A DNA stretch of 61,040 nt, the filler included. It is 8 parts of 8 records of this genome, joined end to end, with 100 filler letters (N's around TTAATTAATTAA, not from the genome) between each part and the next. Parts side by side here need not be neighbours in the genome. Positions count along the whole stretch, not along the records: positions 1 to 7,694 come from SRR31156797_23538; positions 7,795 to 12,845 come from SRR31156797_23542; 6 more parts are not named here. One strand, given 5' to 3'. How positions within the stretch are numbered: position 1 is the stretch's first letter; each line of letters begins with the position of its first letter. Both the position numbers and the translations under genes were made by a program. Shown in pieces: positions 1-9,951 of this stretch. Under the pieces are notes generated by a model. That model made no database searches. It was not told where the DNA came from and worked only from the letters and a program-made list of their open reading frames with translations.

Positions 1-3000
1 GGTGCACCTGATTATTATGATACAGATTATTCAACTGATGGTCAGTATCAGGGCACAGGAGATTGGGATATGATGGCGAGTGGTTCATGGAATAATGATG
101 GTATTACCCCGGCTCACCATAATATGTTTACCAAATGGTACTATTATAATTGGTTAACTCCTATGACACTTTCCAGTGCAACCACTATTTCCATGAATAA
201 TTCGGTTGAGAATGCTGAAGCATATTTAATAAACACTGCTTCTACAAATGAATATTTTTTATTGGAAAACAGACAGCAAATTGGGTTTGATTCAGATGTT
301 CCTGGCCATGGGTTATTAATATACCATGTGGATCAAAACAATGTGGATTCACATGATGGCAGTAATGACATCAATGCTACTCACCCGCAATATATGTATC
401 CGGTAGCACAAAATAATAATAATTCAATGCCTTCTGGAACAACTTCTTATGGAACTATAAATAGTTCAACTTGCCCATGGAATGGAACAGGAAAAACAGA
501 ATTTACTGATGCATCCACACCAAGTATGAAGTCTTGGTCAGGTGCAAATACTAATAAACCAATTACCAATATTTCTGAAAGTAGCGGCGTTATTACTTTT
601 GATTTTATGGGAGGGGCTCAAGGCAATCCAACTGCTTTTGCTGCTGTTGCTAATGGAACAGATCAAATAGATTTATCCTGGACAAGAGATGCCAGTCGTG
701 ATGTTATTTTAGCTTATAATACTTCTAATACATTTGGAACCCCAACAGATGGTGTTAGTTATTCAGCCGGAAACCCAATAACCGGAGGTGGAACCGTGAT
801 TTATGCCGGAGGCAATGAGTCTTATTCTCATACTGGCCTTTCAGCAAATACAACTTATTATTATAAGATATTTACGAAATTAAACTCCACGCCAGATTGG
901 TCAGATGGAACAACTACAAATGCAACAACAGATTGTAGTACAATAAGCACATTCCCGTTTGCTGAAGATTTTTCAGGAGGTAGTTTGCCTTCTTGTTGGT
1001 CTAACGATGATAATGATGGTAGTGGTCAGGTATGGGAGTTTGATAATCCTGGAGGAAGGTCTTTTAATTCATCAACTAGTGGAAATGGATTTGCAATATT
1101 AGACAGTGATAATTATGGAAATGGGGGAACACAAGATGCAGATTTAGTTTCGCCTACATTTGATTTCTCATCTGCATCAACTGTAACATTAGAATTTGAG
1201 CATTATTTTAGATCATATTCAGGCTCTGCTGCCGAACTTTCTTATAGTATTAATGGAGGAAGTTCATGGACTCAAATTCAACAATGGTCATCTTCTACGG
1301 CTGATGCTGAATCATTCAGTCAGGCTATAGCAGCAGTTGCTGGAGAATCATCCGTGAAATTTAAATGGAACTATCAGGGCTCATGGGGATATTATTGGTG
1401 TGTGGATGATGTGTCTATCTCTGTTTCAACTTCATCTCCTGACCCCGAACCGGCCAATTATCCAACTTCTTTTGCAGATGCGAGTGCAACAAGTTCATCC
1501 ATCACATTAACGTGGACAGATGCGCCCTCAAAGGCACCGGCAGGTTATTTAATCAAGGGAAGCACTGTTAGTTATGCAGATATAGCTGCTCCCGTTGATG
1601 GTACACCTGAAGCTGATGCAACCTTAGTGAAAAATGTAGCTCAAGGTACACAGACTGTTGAATTTACAGGATTAACTGCATCTACAACTTATTATTTTGA
1701 GATATATCCTTATGCCAATTCAGGTGCTACAATTGATTATAAAACAGATGGGACTATTCCAACTGTAAGTGTAATTACAACATCTTCAGGATATTATGAT
1801 GGTATTACAGGAACTGGTTATACATTGAAAACGAATCTTTATAATTTGATTGACGGACATACTTCAAGAACCTATACCCAACTATGGACAGACATGCAGT
1901 CAACGGACAATGACGGTGTTTATGAAAATGACAATACTGTGCTGGATATGTATGGTGAAAATCCTTCTGGAGCTGATCCATTTAATTTCACCTGGGTTTC
2001 AGGACAGTGCGGTACATACAGTGGAGAAGGGGATTGTTATAATCGTGAACATAGTGTTCCGGCAAGTTGGTTCAGTGATGCCTCTCCGATGTATACAGAT
2101 CTGTTTCATCTTTATCCAACAGATGGTTACGTGAATAACATACGCGGTAACTTGCCTTTTGGTGAAGTAGGCACAGCAAATTATACATCAGATAATGGTT
2201 CTTTGAGAGGTTCTTGTTCATATCCGGGTTATACCGGAACTGTGTTTGAACCTATAGATGAGTTTAAGGGTGATTTTGCCAGAACATACTTTTACATGGC
2301 TACTCGCTATGAGAATGTTATTGCGGGTTGGGAAACAAATACAACGGAAAGTGATGCTGTTTTGAATGGTACTTCTGATCAGGTGTTTGAAAATTGGTTT
2401 TTAAGTATGCTTATTGAATGGCATCAAAATGACCCTGTATCACTAAAAGAAACCAATAGAAATGAAGCTGTTTTTGGAATTCAGGGCAATAGAAATCCGT
2501 TTATTGATCACCCTGAGTGGGTGTGTCAAATCTGGTCAGGTTTCTGTGGACCCAATATTGCAGCTTCACCGGCTAGTTTAACTGGTTTTACTTATGAAGA
2601 AGGTTCTGGACCTTCGGCCTCGCAAAGCTTCGAATTATCAGGAACAAATCTTGATGGTTCTCAGGTTACAGTGACTGCACCAACAAACTACGAAGTTTCT
2701 ACAGATAACTCTTCTTTTTCTTCTAGTGTAAATGTTAACTATATAGGCTCAAGCTTAAGTAGTACAACAATTTATGTGCGATTAAAAGCAGGTCTTTCTA
2801 TTGCTACATATAATGGCGAAAATGTAACTTGTTCCGATAATGGGTCAGCATCAGATGTAACAGTTTCGAATAGTGGAGAGGTAACTGCTGTTGGAGGTGG
2901 TGGAGTTACAACTTGTGAAGATTTTAGTTCATTAAATGAAGGGTCGTACGGAAATTATACTGTTGGTGAGTTTTATGTCTATAATGGATTATGTAATTCA

Positions 3001-6000
3001 ACAAATGCATTGTCTAATAATGCTGTCAGATTACGTAACGCTTCAGGTTCTTATCTTGAATTAGAGGGCTCTGATGGAAATGGAGTTGATGGGGGTATTG
3101 GGAGTATTTCTTTTTGGTATAGGAATTGGGATGGAAGTCCGGCAGCCGTTTATGATGTATCTGTGAGTATTGACGGTGGGGCATATTCTTCTATTGGAAC
3201 TATTAATACCTCTAGTACAACTTATGACGAATTTACCCATGATATAAATTCTTCAAGTGATAATATTAAGGTCAAAATATTATATAGTTCAGGTGAACGT
3301 TTACATATTGATGATTTTTGTTATACATCATATTCTGGCGCCTCAACCCCAACCCTCACCGTTTCCTCATCCTCTTTAACCGGATTTACTTATGAAGTTG
3401 GAGCAGGCCCATCGGCAGAACAATCATTTACAGTGGAAGGAAGTGACCTTACAGATGATATTACATTGACAGCACCTACAAATTATGAAATCTCAACTGG
3501 GACAGGTGGGTCTTTTGTGGCAACCAGTCCTTTGACTTTATCTGAGTCAGGTGGTTCTGTGAGTGAAACTACAATCTATGTGAGACTTAAAGCGGGTTTG
3601 AGTCAAGGTGATTATAATAGTGAAGATATTACCGTTGCATCCACAGGTGCGACAAGTGAAACAGTTACATGTAGTGGAAATGTAAGCAACCGACCTGATT
3701 GGTGTAATATACAGTCTCCGGAAAGTGGAAGTATGTTTACTGGAGGAAGTTTTAATGTATATGCACGAATATATGAAGCAGGCCTAACAGAACCTGCAGG
3801 TGAGGATGCTGGAATAACCTGTTGGATTGGGTATAGTACTGATAATACTGATCCTTCCACATGGACAGATTGGGTTGAAGCTTCTTTTAATAGTCAATTT
3901 GGTAACGATGATGAATACGTAGCTGATATTGGTTCCGGACTTACAGCAGGGACTTATTATTACGCCAGTCGTTTTTCCGTTGATGGCACAAACTATTCTT
4001 ATGGAGGATATAGCGCAGGTGGCGGTGGTTTTTGGGATGGTTCATCTTTTGTGTCAGGTAATGTTACTGTAACAGTGAACTATCCGGATTGGTGTAATCT
4101 GCAATGGCCTCAGAGTGGAAGTATTGATCTTGGGGATGCATATAACGTTTATGCTCAAATTTACGAAGATGGAGTAACTAACGGCGCTGGTCAGGGAGCT
4201 GGAGTAACGGCATGGATTGGCTACAGTACAACGGATACAGATCCAAGTACATGGACAGACTGGGTAGTAGCATCCTACAATGCCGATGATGGAAACAATG
4301 ATGAGTATGTGGCAGATCTAGGTGCTGCAATACCTGCTGGTGGAACCTATTATTATGCTAGTCGCTTTTCAGTGAATGGTACTGACTATTCTTATGGTGG
4401 ATTTAATGCCGGTGGTGGAGACGGTTTTTGGGATGGCACAAATGATGTATCGGGAGAATTAACGGTTACGGCACCTACTCCAACAATTATTATTACAGAA
4501 GTTGCTGGTAAAGGTTTTGATGGTGATTTTAATGATGAGTATATTGAAATATCAAATACTGGTAGTTCAGCAGTAAATTTAACAGATTGGACCCTTGAGT
4601 ATTATGAGGGCTCATTAGAAAAATCTTTAACACTTTCTGGAACTTTAGCTGCGGGAGATGCATATGTAATCGCTGTAAGAACATCATATAATTCTATTAC
4701 ACCTGATTTAGTACCTGTTTCTAGTTTCAGTATTAACAATAATTGTTACGTTGTTTTAAAGAATGATGTTGGTGCTACAATGGATGAAGCAGGAACTTCT
4801 GTTGATAAATTTAATGATGCCAATAATTATGAATTAACTGATTGTTCTGCTGATAATTCTGTGGTGGCAAACTGGTCTAATCTTGGAACAGGTAATGGTA
4901 CACCAGGTGTTTATGGATGTTTAGTAACAAATGATAACGACTCTGAAGTTTCAGCTTCAGGTACTTTAACTGAACCCATCGAAATATCATCAATAGTTGA
5001 TACTGAGGGCGAAAAAGTAGATGTGTTTGACTTTACTTTTACCGATGCCGGAAGTGGTGATGGTGTGGCTACAATTTTGGATGAGTTAGTTATCTCGCAA
5101 GGTAGTGCTAATGGTGTGGGCGATTGGACCAATGCTATTGCAGGTGCACAACTTGATGGTCCTGATCAGACTGCTATGGCTGGAACTGTAGCAGCAACTA
5201 CTATTACTTTTACGTTAAATGATATGATTACAGTTGCTGATGGAGCTAATGAAACGTATACGCTTTCTATTTGGTTAAACAGTGATCTTTCAGCCATTTC
5301 AGATAACGATATTTTGGAATTTGCTTTGGACTATAACAACATTACTGTTGACGTTTCAGGTTCATCATTTGGATCAGGAGCACCTGAGAGTGGAGATGCC
5401 AATTGTGCCATTGATATTGATGCTACTGAATTACAATTTGTACAACAACCAGTAAATACTGCCAAGGATGTCAATATGAATCCTTCGCCAACAGTAAAAG
5501 CTTGTGATGAAAACGGTAATGTGGATGTTGATTATGCCACAGCAATTGCGGTAACTTCTACGGGGACAATGACAGGAGATCCTGTAACAGGGTCTTTGTC
5601 GAATGGAGTAGCTATGTTTACTTTAGAACACACCGCTCTTGGTACAAATCTTACTATAACTGCTTCATCCGGAGCTTTAACCAATGCTGTTAGTAATACA
5701 TTTGACATTACAGAACTTTCTTATTGTTCCGATTTAATGATATCCGAATATATGGAAGGTAGTGGAAATAATACTGCTATTGAATTGTTTAACGGTACAG
5801 GTTTAACAGTAGACTTGTCTGATTATGAGTTAAGGCAGGATAATTCTGCCAATGGTTCATGGGATCATACTTTATCGCTTCATGGCTTGCTTCCTCATGG
5901 TGAAATATATTTATTGGTAGACAAGGATGGAACGGATTTGATTGATTCACTGAATGCTCATTCTATTACTATTGACAGCTTAGTAGATAAAACACAAAAC

Positions 6001-6777
6001 TCAACATTATTATTTAGTGGAGATGATGTTGTAGGGTTATTTAAAGATGATGGTTTTAAAGCATTTAATTTACTAGATGTTGTTGGTGATGGTTCTAACT
6101 TCCAGGAAGTCAATTTGATAAGAAATTCAAATATTTTTGCTCCTAATACCACATTTACTTTATCAGAATGGACAGAAGTAGACCCATTTAGTTTTACTGA
6201 TCTTGGAAATACCGATAATCCGCTTCCAGTACTCTGGTATAATATTTCAGCCACTCCAACCAACGGAAGCATCCTGGTAGAATGGTCAACTCATTCTGAA
6301 ATCAATAATGACTACTTTGAAGTGGAGCATTCGTTAGATAATATTAATTATAATATGGTTGGTATTGTTGATGGAGCTGGCAATAGCTCAATCACTCAGG
6401 AGTATAGTTATTTGCATTCGGGAGCTATTATGGGTCATAATTATTATCGTATCAAACAAATAGATTTTAACGGAGCTTATGATTATAGTAAGGTTGTAAC
6501 AGCTTATTTATCAACTGATAATGACACGAAGCTTAATATTGAATATGTGTTTGTGGGTGATGAAAAGCAAGAAATGCTGATTAGTTATCAGAAGAATGCA
6601 AAAGTCTTAATTGAAATTTATGATTTGACAGGGAAAGTATTATGGTCGGAGTCGTATGTTCTAAATGATGACTATGCGTATATCAATCTTGAAGATTTTG
6701 ATTCAAATGCAGGTGTATTCCTGATTTCCGTTAAAGATTTAAATCAAATAGACAGCAAGAAATTTATAGTTAAATAA
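1..6777 (+). CDS. Large T9SS-secreted multidomain protein (5'-truncated): M6/immune inhibitor A metalloprotease C-half, FN3, endonuclease I, repeated beta modules, two lamin-tail domains, T9SS CTD
   Basis: Frame is open from base 1 (GAPDYYDTDY...GTGDWDMMASGSWN, then EYFLLENRQQIGFD..PGHGLLIYHVD = M6 family). His-Me nuclease motifs YNREHSVPASW, DLFHLYPTDGYVN, KGDFARTYFYM, QGNRNPFIDHP at ~1790-2535. LTD starts IIITEV (~4485) and LMISEYMEGS (~5735). PLPV..W.T.SE.NNDYFEVEHS then IYDLTGK...KKFIVK CTD. Confidence 0.85.
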   Translation, partial: GAPDYYDTDYSTDGQYQGTGDWDMMASGSWNNDGITPAHHNMFTKWYYYNWLTPMTLSSATTISMNNSVENAEAYLINTASTNEYFLLENRQQIGFDSDVPGHGLLIYHVDQNNVDSHDGSNDINATHPQYMYPVAQNNNNSMPSGTTSYGTINSSTCPWNGTGKTEFTDASTPSMKSWSGANTNKPITNISESSGVITFDFMGGAQGNPTAFAAVANGTDQIDLSWTRDASRDVILAYNTSNTFGTPTDGVSYSAGNPITGGGTVIYAGGNESYSHTGLSANTTYYYKIFTKLNSTPDWSDGTTTNATTDCSTISTFPFAEDFSGGSLPSCWSNDDNDGSGQVWEFDNPGGRSFNSSTSGNGFAILDSDNYGNGGTQDADLVSPTFDFSSASTVTLEFEHYFRSYSGSAAELSYSINGGSSWTQIQQWSSSTADAESFSQAIAAVAGESSVKFKWNYQGSWGYYWCVDDVSISVSTSSPDPEPANYPTSFADASATSSSITLTWTDAPSKAPAGYLIKGSTVSYADIAAPVDGTPEADATLVKNVAQGTQTVEFTGLTASTTYYFEIYPYANSGATIDYKTDGTIPTVSVITTSSGYYDGITGTGYTLKTNLYNLIDGHTSRTYTQLWTDMQSTDNDGVYENDNTVLDMYGENPSGADPFNFTWVSGQCGTYSGEGDCYNREHSVPASWFSDASPMYTDLFHLYPTDGYVNNIRGNLPFGEVGTANYTSDNGSLRGSCSYPGYTGTVFEPIDEFKGDFARTYFYMATRYENVIAGWETNTTESDAVLNGTSDQVFENWFLSMLIEWHQNDPVSLKETNRNEAVFGIQGNRNPFIDHPEWVCQIWSGFCGPNIAASPASLTGFTYEEGSGPSASQSFELSGTNLDGSQVTVTAPTNYEVSTDNSSFSSSVNVNYIGSSLSSTTIYVRLKAGLSIATYNGENVTCSDNGSASDVTVSNSGEVTAVGGGGVTTCEDFSSLNEGSYGNYTVGEFYVYNGLCNSTNALSNNAVRLRNASGSYLELEGSDGNGVDGGIGSISFWYRNWDGSPAAVYDVSVSIDGGAYSSIGTINTSSTTYDEFTHDINSSSDNIKVKILYSSGERLHIDDFCYTSYSGASTPTLTVSSSSLTGFTYEVGAGPSAEQSFTVEGSDLTDDITLTAPTNYEISTGTGGSFVATSPLTLSESGGSVSETTIYVRLKAGLSQGDYNSEDITVASTGATSETVTCSGNVSNRPDWCNIQSPESGSMFTGGSFNVYARIYEAGLTEPAGEDAGITCWIGYSTDNTDPSTWTDWVEASFNSQFGNDDEYVADIGSGLTAGTYYYASRFSVDGTNYSYGGYSAGGGGFWDGSSFVSGNVTVTVNYPDWCNLQWPQSGSIDLGDAYNVYAQIYEDGVTNGAGQGAGVTAWIGYSTTDTDPSTWTDWVVASYNADDGNNDEYVADLGAAIPAGGTYYYASRFSVNGTDYSYGGFNAGGGDGFWDGTNDVSGELTVTAPTPTIIITEVAGKGFDGDFNDEYIEISNTGSSAVNLTDWTLEYYEGSLEKSLTLSGTLAAGDAYVIAVRTSYNSITPDLVPVSSFSINNNCYVVLKNDVGATMDEAGTSVDKFNDANNYELTDCSADNSVVANWSNLGTGNGTPGVYGCLVTNDNDSEVSASGTLTEPIEISSIVDTEGEKVDVFDFTFTDAGSGDGVATILDELVISQGSANGVGDWTNAIAGAQLDGPDQTAMAGTVAATTITFTLNDMITVADGANETYTLSIWLNSDLSAISDNDILEFALDYNNITVDVSGSSFGSGAPESGDANCAIDIDATELQFVQQPVNTAKDVNMNPSPTVKACDENGNVDVDYATAIAVTSTGTMTGDPVTGSLSNGVAMFTLEHTALGTNLTITASSGALTNAVSNTFDITELSYCSDLMISEYMEGSGNNTAIELFNGTGLTVDLSDYELRQDNSANGSWDHTLSLHGLLPHGEIYLLVDKDGTDLIDSLNAHSITIDSLVDKTQNSTLLFSGDDVVGLFKDDGFKAFNLLDVVGDGSNFQEVNLIRNSNIFAPNTTFTLSEWTEVDPFSFTDLGNTDNPLPVLWYNISATPTNGSILVEWSTHSEINNDYFEVEHSLDNINYNMVGIVDGAGNSSITQEYSYLHSGAIMGHNYYRIKQIDFNGAYDYSKVVTAYLSTDNDTKLNIEYVFVGDEKQEMLISYQKNAKVLIEIYDLTGKVLWSESYVLNDDYAYINLEDFDSNAGVFLISVKDLNQIDSKKFIVK

Positions 6778-6779
6778 AA

Positions 6780-6887
6780 TTGATATTGGATATTAGATCG
6801 AAGATTACATATCTTAGATTTAATATCCTTTATTCAATATCTAACCTTTTAACCAGAGAAGGTCAGAATCCAAATATCCAACATCCA
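6780..6887. repeat. Intergenic degenerate heptamer (GATATTG/A) array with inverted arms
   Basis: TTGATATTGGATATTAGAT (6780-6798) pairs imperfectly with ATCCAAATATCCAACATCCA (6868-6887); extra CAATATCTAA at 6835. Confidence 0.55.
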
Positions 6888-6925
6888 TTATCTTTTTGTA
6901 CTTTTATCGGAACTTTATAAATACT

Positions 6926-7606
6926 ATGACTGGAACTTTAATCAATACTGCTGCCGTAATTGTGGGAAGTCTATTGGGTTTACTTATTAAATCACGCATG
7001 CCCAAAAAAATTACCATCAGTGTATTTCAGGCGATTGGATTGTTTACCATTTTTCTGGGTATTCACATGGCATTCAAAACCAATAATTTCCTGATTATGA
7101 TATTCAGTATGGTAATCGGAACCATTATTGGCGAATTATTAGATATCGACAAAGCTTTCAATAATTTTAGTGAAGCTTTGCGTACACGACTTAAAACAAA
7201 AGAGTCGCATTTCTCGGAAGGTTTTATAACCTCATTTCTTTTATTTTGTATGGGTTCAATGACAATTCTGGGTGCATTTCAGGAAGGGCTGGGAGAGGGC
7301 GCAGACCTTCTTTTGGCTAAATCTGTACTGGATGGATTTTCATCTATTGCGTTGGCAGCTTCTTTAGGTGTGGGCGTATTGCTTTCTGCTATTCCACTAT
7401 TAATTTATCAGGGAGGTTTAACGCTTTTTGCAGCCTCTTTAGCTGATTATTTAACTGACCCGATTGTAAATGAACTCACAGCTGTTGGAGGTTTACTTTT
7501 ATTGGGTTTAGGATTAAATATCTTGGAAATAAAGAAGTTGAAAATATTGAATATGCTTCCGGCTTTATTAATAGCTGTAATTTTGGCGTTGATATTAATA
7601 GAGTAG
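6926..7606 (+). CDS. DUF554 family membrane protein (YdfK/YqgA-like)
   Basis: MTGTLINTAAVIVGSLLG start; LLFCMGSMTILG, LLAKSVLDG, YQGGLTL motifs. ATG 6926 preferred over the track start at 6896. Confidence 0.85.
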   Translation: MTGTLINTAAVIVGSLLGLLIKSRMPKKITISVFQAIGLFTIFLGIHMAFKTNNFLIMIFSMVIGTIIGELLDIDKAFNNFSEALRTRLKTKESHFSEGFITSFLLFCMGSMTILGAFQEGLGEGADLLLAKSVLDGFSSIALAASLGVGVLLSAIPLLIYQGGLTLFAASLADYLTDPIVNELTAVGGLLLLGLGLNILEIKKLKILNMLPALLIAVILALILIE

Positions 7607-7629
7607 TTGTCAAATCCACCAAAAAATTA

Positions 7630-7637
7630 TATTTTTG
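7630..7637 (+). promoter_or_regulatory. Bacteroidota sigma-A -7 element for the tRNA
   Basis: TATTTTTG matches TAnnTTTG, 11 nt before the tRNA 5' end. Confidence 0.6.
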
Positions 7638-7648
7638 CAACCCTTAAT

Positions 7649-7694
7649 GGTCCCATAGTTCAAGGGATAGAATAGCAGTTTCCTAAACTGTAGA
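7649..7694 (+). tRNA. tRNA-Arg(CCT), 5' part, truncated by contig end
   Basis: GGTCCCATAGTTCAAGGGATAGAATA, then anticodon arm GCAGT-TTCCTAA-ACTGT (anticodon CCT). Confidence 0.85.
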
Positions 7695-7794
7695 NNNNNN
7701 NNNNNNNNNNNNNNNNNNNNNNNNNNNNNNNNNNNNNNTTAATTAATTAANNNNNNNNNNNNNNNNNNNNNNNNNNNNNNNNNNNNNNNNNNNN
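7695..7794. other. Artificial contig spacer
   Basis: N44-TTAATTAATTAA-N44, stop codons in all six frames. Confidence 0.98.
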
Positions 7795-7866
7795 CCCTAC
7801 GATTTTTATATTTTGCCAAAATTTGCGCACCTCATTATAAATTATATCAAACAGAAAATCCAGACC

Positions 7867-9063
7867 CTATTTCGGATCTAGACTTCCAAGACTATATAAA
7901 AAATGATGTTGCTTCTTTTCTTTAGCTGTATTTTTGTAACGAAGAAAAATCATAATAATGGTTCCTATTAATGTCCAAAATGTGTAGAAAGTATAGACAT
8001 AACTTACGCCAAACAGATCCATTATAACTCCCGAAACATAGATATAAAACATAGGGCTGAATCCTATACTTACAGCATAAAAAATTGATAAAGCGGTAGA
8101 TGTTCTATCACTTTTAGTGTATTTTTTTACATATATTGCGGAACAGGCTAAATATGTTCCTACTGATAAACCTTGCAGGAAAAAGAGTGCTAGCATAGCC
8201 TTTGGACTTGGTGAAGTACTATACCAAAACCATCTGATTATAAAGATAAAACAGGAGAAAAGCAGTAGACTCTCTATATGTAATTTTTCATCTAATTTAT
8301 ACTTTGCAATGATAGTCATAACCGGAGCTTCACTAAATGCAAAGAATAAAAATGCAACTCCTATTCCAGTGATAGTACCGCCTAAGGAAGTATATAATAA
8401 TCCGAAAAAGGTGTTGTTACCTTGAATAGCTCCACCGATAAAAAATGCAGCTAAAAGAAAAGTAGTGTATTTCCTATTTCCCATTAAATCTTTAATCATT
8501 CCTAATGAGCTTTTTTTCTTCTTAACTCTCCTGCTGTCTAGTTTTATTCTACTTAAAAATACTAGAGATGAGAGTAATGAGATAGTTGCTAATACAAAAA
8601 TAATTTTAATATGTATTCTGTCAGCCAAAAATGCTGCAATACATGTGGATGTAGCGAAACCAAGTGAACCCCACAGCCTTATCTTTGCGAAGCTATATTG
8701 TGATTTCAAACTCATAGTATCATTTACGGGATTTGTACCGGCTAAGAAGAACTGAAAAAATGAGTAAATAATTATGAAAGCAAGATAATTTTTTAGAAAT
8801 GGAAATATGATTATTGCAACTATATTTGCCACAATCATAATGCTAAGGAGTAGTTTAGTTTTGTTGAATTTATCATTCAGAACTCCCCATAATACTTGTG
8901 TAATCACAGCGATAAACATTCCGATTGAAATGATAGTACCGATTTGGGTACCGCTAAACCCTTTTTCTTTGAAAAAAGGTGAAAGCAGGGGAAACAAAGA
9001 ACCTCTTGTAAAAAAGAGAGTAAATGTTAATCCTGCAAAATATAAAAATTTGTTATTATACAT
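7867..9063 (-). CDS. MFS permease (MFS_1_like; HcaT/MalA/LacY-like)
   Basis: About 12 hydrophobic segments; WGVLNDKFNK loop, FAKIRLWGSLGF and FSEAPVM motifs. Confidence 0.8.
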   Translation of the reverse strand: MYNNKFLYFAGLTFTLFFTRGSLFPLLSPFFKEKGFSGTQIGTIISIGMFIAVITQVLWGVLNDKFNKTKLLLSIMIVANIVAIIIFPFLKNYLAFIIIYSFFQFFLAGTNPVNDTMSLKSQYSFAKIRLWGSLGFATSTCIAAFLADRIHIKIIFVLATISLLSSLVFLSRIKLDSRRVKKKKSSLGMIKDLMGNRKYTTFLLAAFFIGGAIQGNNTFFGLLYTSLGGTITGIGVAFLFFAFSEAPVMTIIAKYKLDEKLHIESLLLFSCFIFIIRWFWYSTSPSPKAMLALFFLQGLSVGTYLACSAIYVKKYTKSDRTSTALSIFYAVSIGFSPMFYIYVSGVIMDLFGVSYVYTFYTFWTLIGTIIMIFLRYKNTAKEKKQHHFLYSLGSLDPK

Positions 9064-9171
9064 GAATACTCCAATCTATAGATCAAAAAGAAACGTATAA
9101 GATATGTAATGTGAAAATAGAAGGTTGAATTAACTAATTGTATATACGTTTCTTTTTAATATTAAAACTAA

Positions 9172-9918
9172 TTATAACTTATTTATAATACTGGCATTGT
9201 ATGCAGCACCAAATCCATTATCGATATTAACTACACTAACTCCGCTGGCACAGCTGTTTAACATTGATAACAGAGCTGCGATACCGTTAAGTGATGCACC
9301 ATAACCAACGCTTGTTGGTACTGCTATGATAGGTTTATCTACTAAACCACCCATAACACTGGCAAGAGCACCCTCCATACCTGCAACAACTATAATAACT
9401 TTTGCTTTTCTAATATCCTCTAGTCTGGCAAATAATCTATGGATACCTGCTACTCCGACATCATTTATAACTTTAACCTGATTACCTAAAATCATAGCAG
9501 TTTCTTTTGCTTCCTCAACTACAGGGATATCAGATGTTCCGGCAGAAACTATCGCTATATAATCTTCTGTTTTTTCTACAGAATTTAGCTCAAGAGAGAT
9601 GGTTCTACCTAGTTTATTGTATCTTAATCCGGGATGGAGCTCTTTTACAGCTTCCCAGACATCATCACCGACTCTTGTTGCTAAGATGTTATTTTTCTTT
9701 GTTAACATAAATTTTATGATATCTCTTATCTGTTCAGGTGTTTTACTTCCTCCGTAGATTACTTCAGGGTAACCTACTCTGATCTCTCTATGATTATCTA
9801 TTTTTGCAAATCCCAAATCTTTGAATGGAAGTTCTTTTAAATCATTTAAAGCGTCATCTACGCTTAATTTATCATCTTTTATGGCATTTAATATACCTTT
9901 AATTTCTACCTCAGTCAT
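9172..9918 (-). CDS. larB: Nickel-pincer cofactor biosynthesis protein LarB (PurE-like carboxylase/hydrolase)
   Basis: DLGFAKIDNHREIRVGYPEV, AGTSDIPV, DVGVAGIHRL, AGMEGAL, PTSVGYGA, VVNIDNGFGAA. Confidence 0.95.
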   Translation of the reverse strand: MTEVEIKGILNAIKDDKLSVDDALNDLKELPFKDLGFAKIDNHREIRVGYPEVIYGGSKTPEQIRDIIKFMLTKKNNILATRVGDDVWEAVKELHPGLRYNKLGRTISLELNSVEKTEDYIAIVSAGTSDIPVVEEAKETAMILGNQVKVINDVGVAGIHRLFARLEDIRKAKVIIVVAGMEGALASVMGGLVDKPIIAVPTSVGYGASLNGIAALLSMLNSCASGVSVVNIDNGFGAAYNASIINKL

Positions 9919-9951
9919 TGTTAACCACTCCTTATATATTTGCTATTAATT

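Noticed and set aside
7649-7694. tRNA as an integration site
   Set aside because: The contig ends inside the tRNA; no integrase or att duplication is visible.
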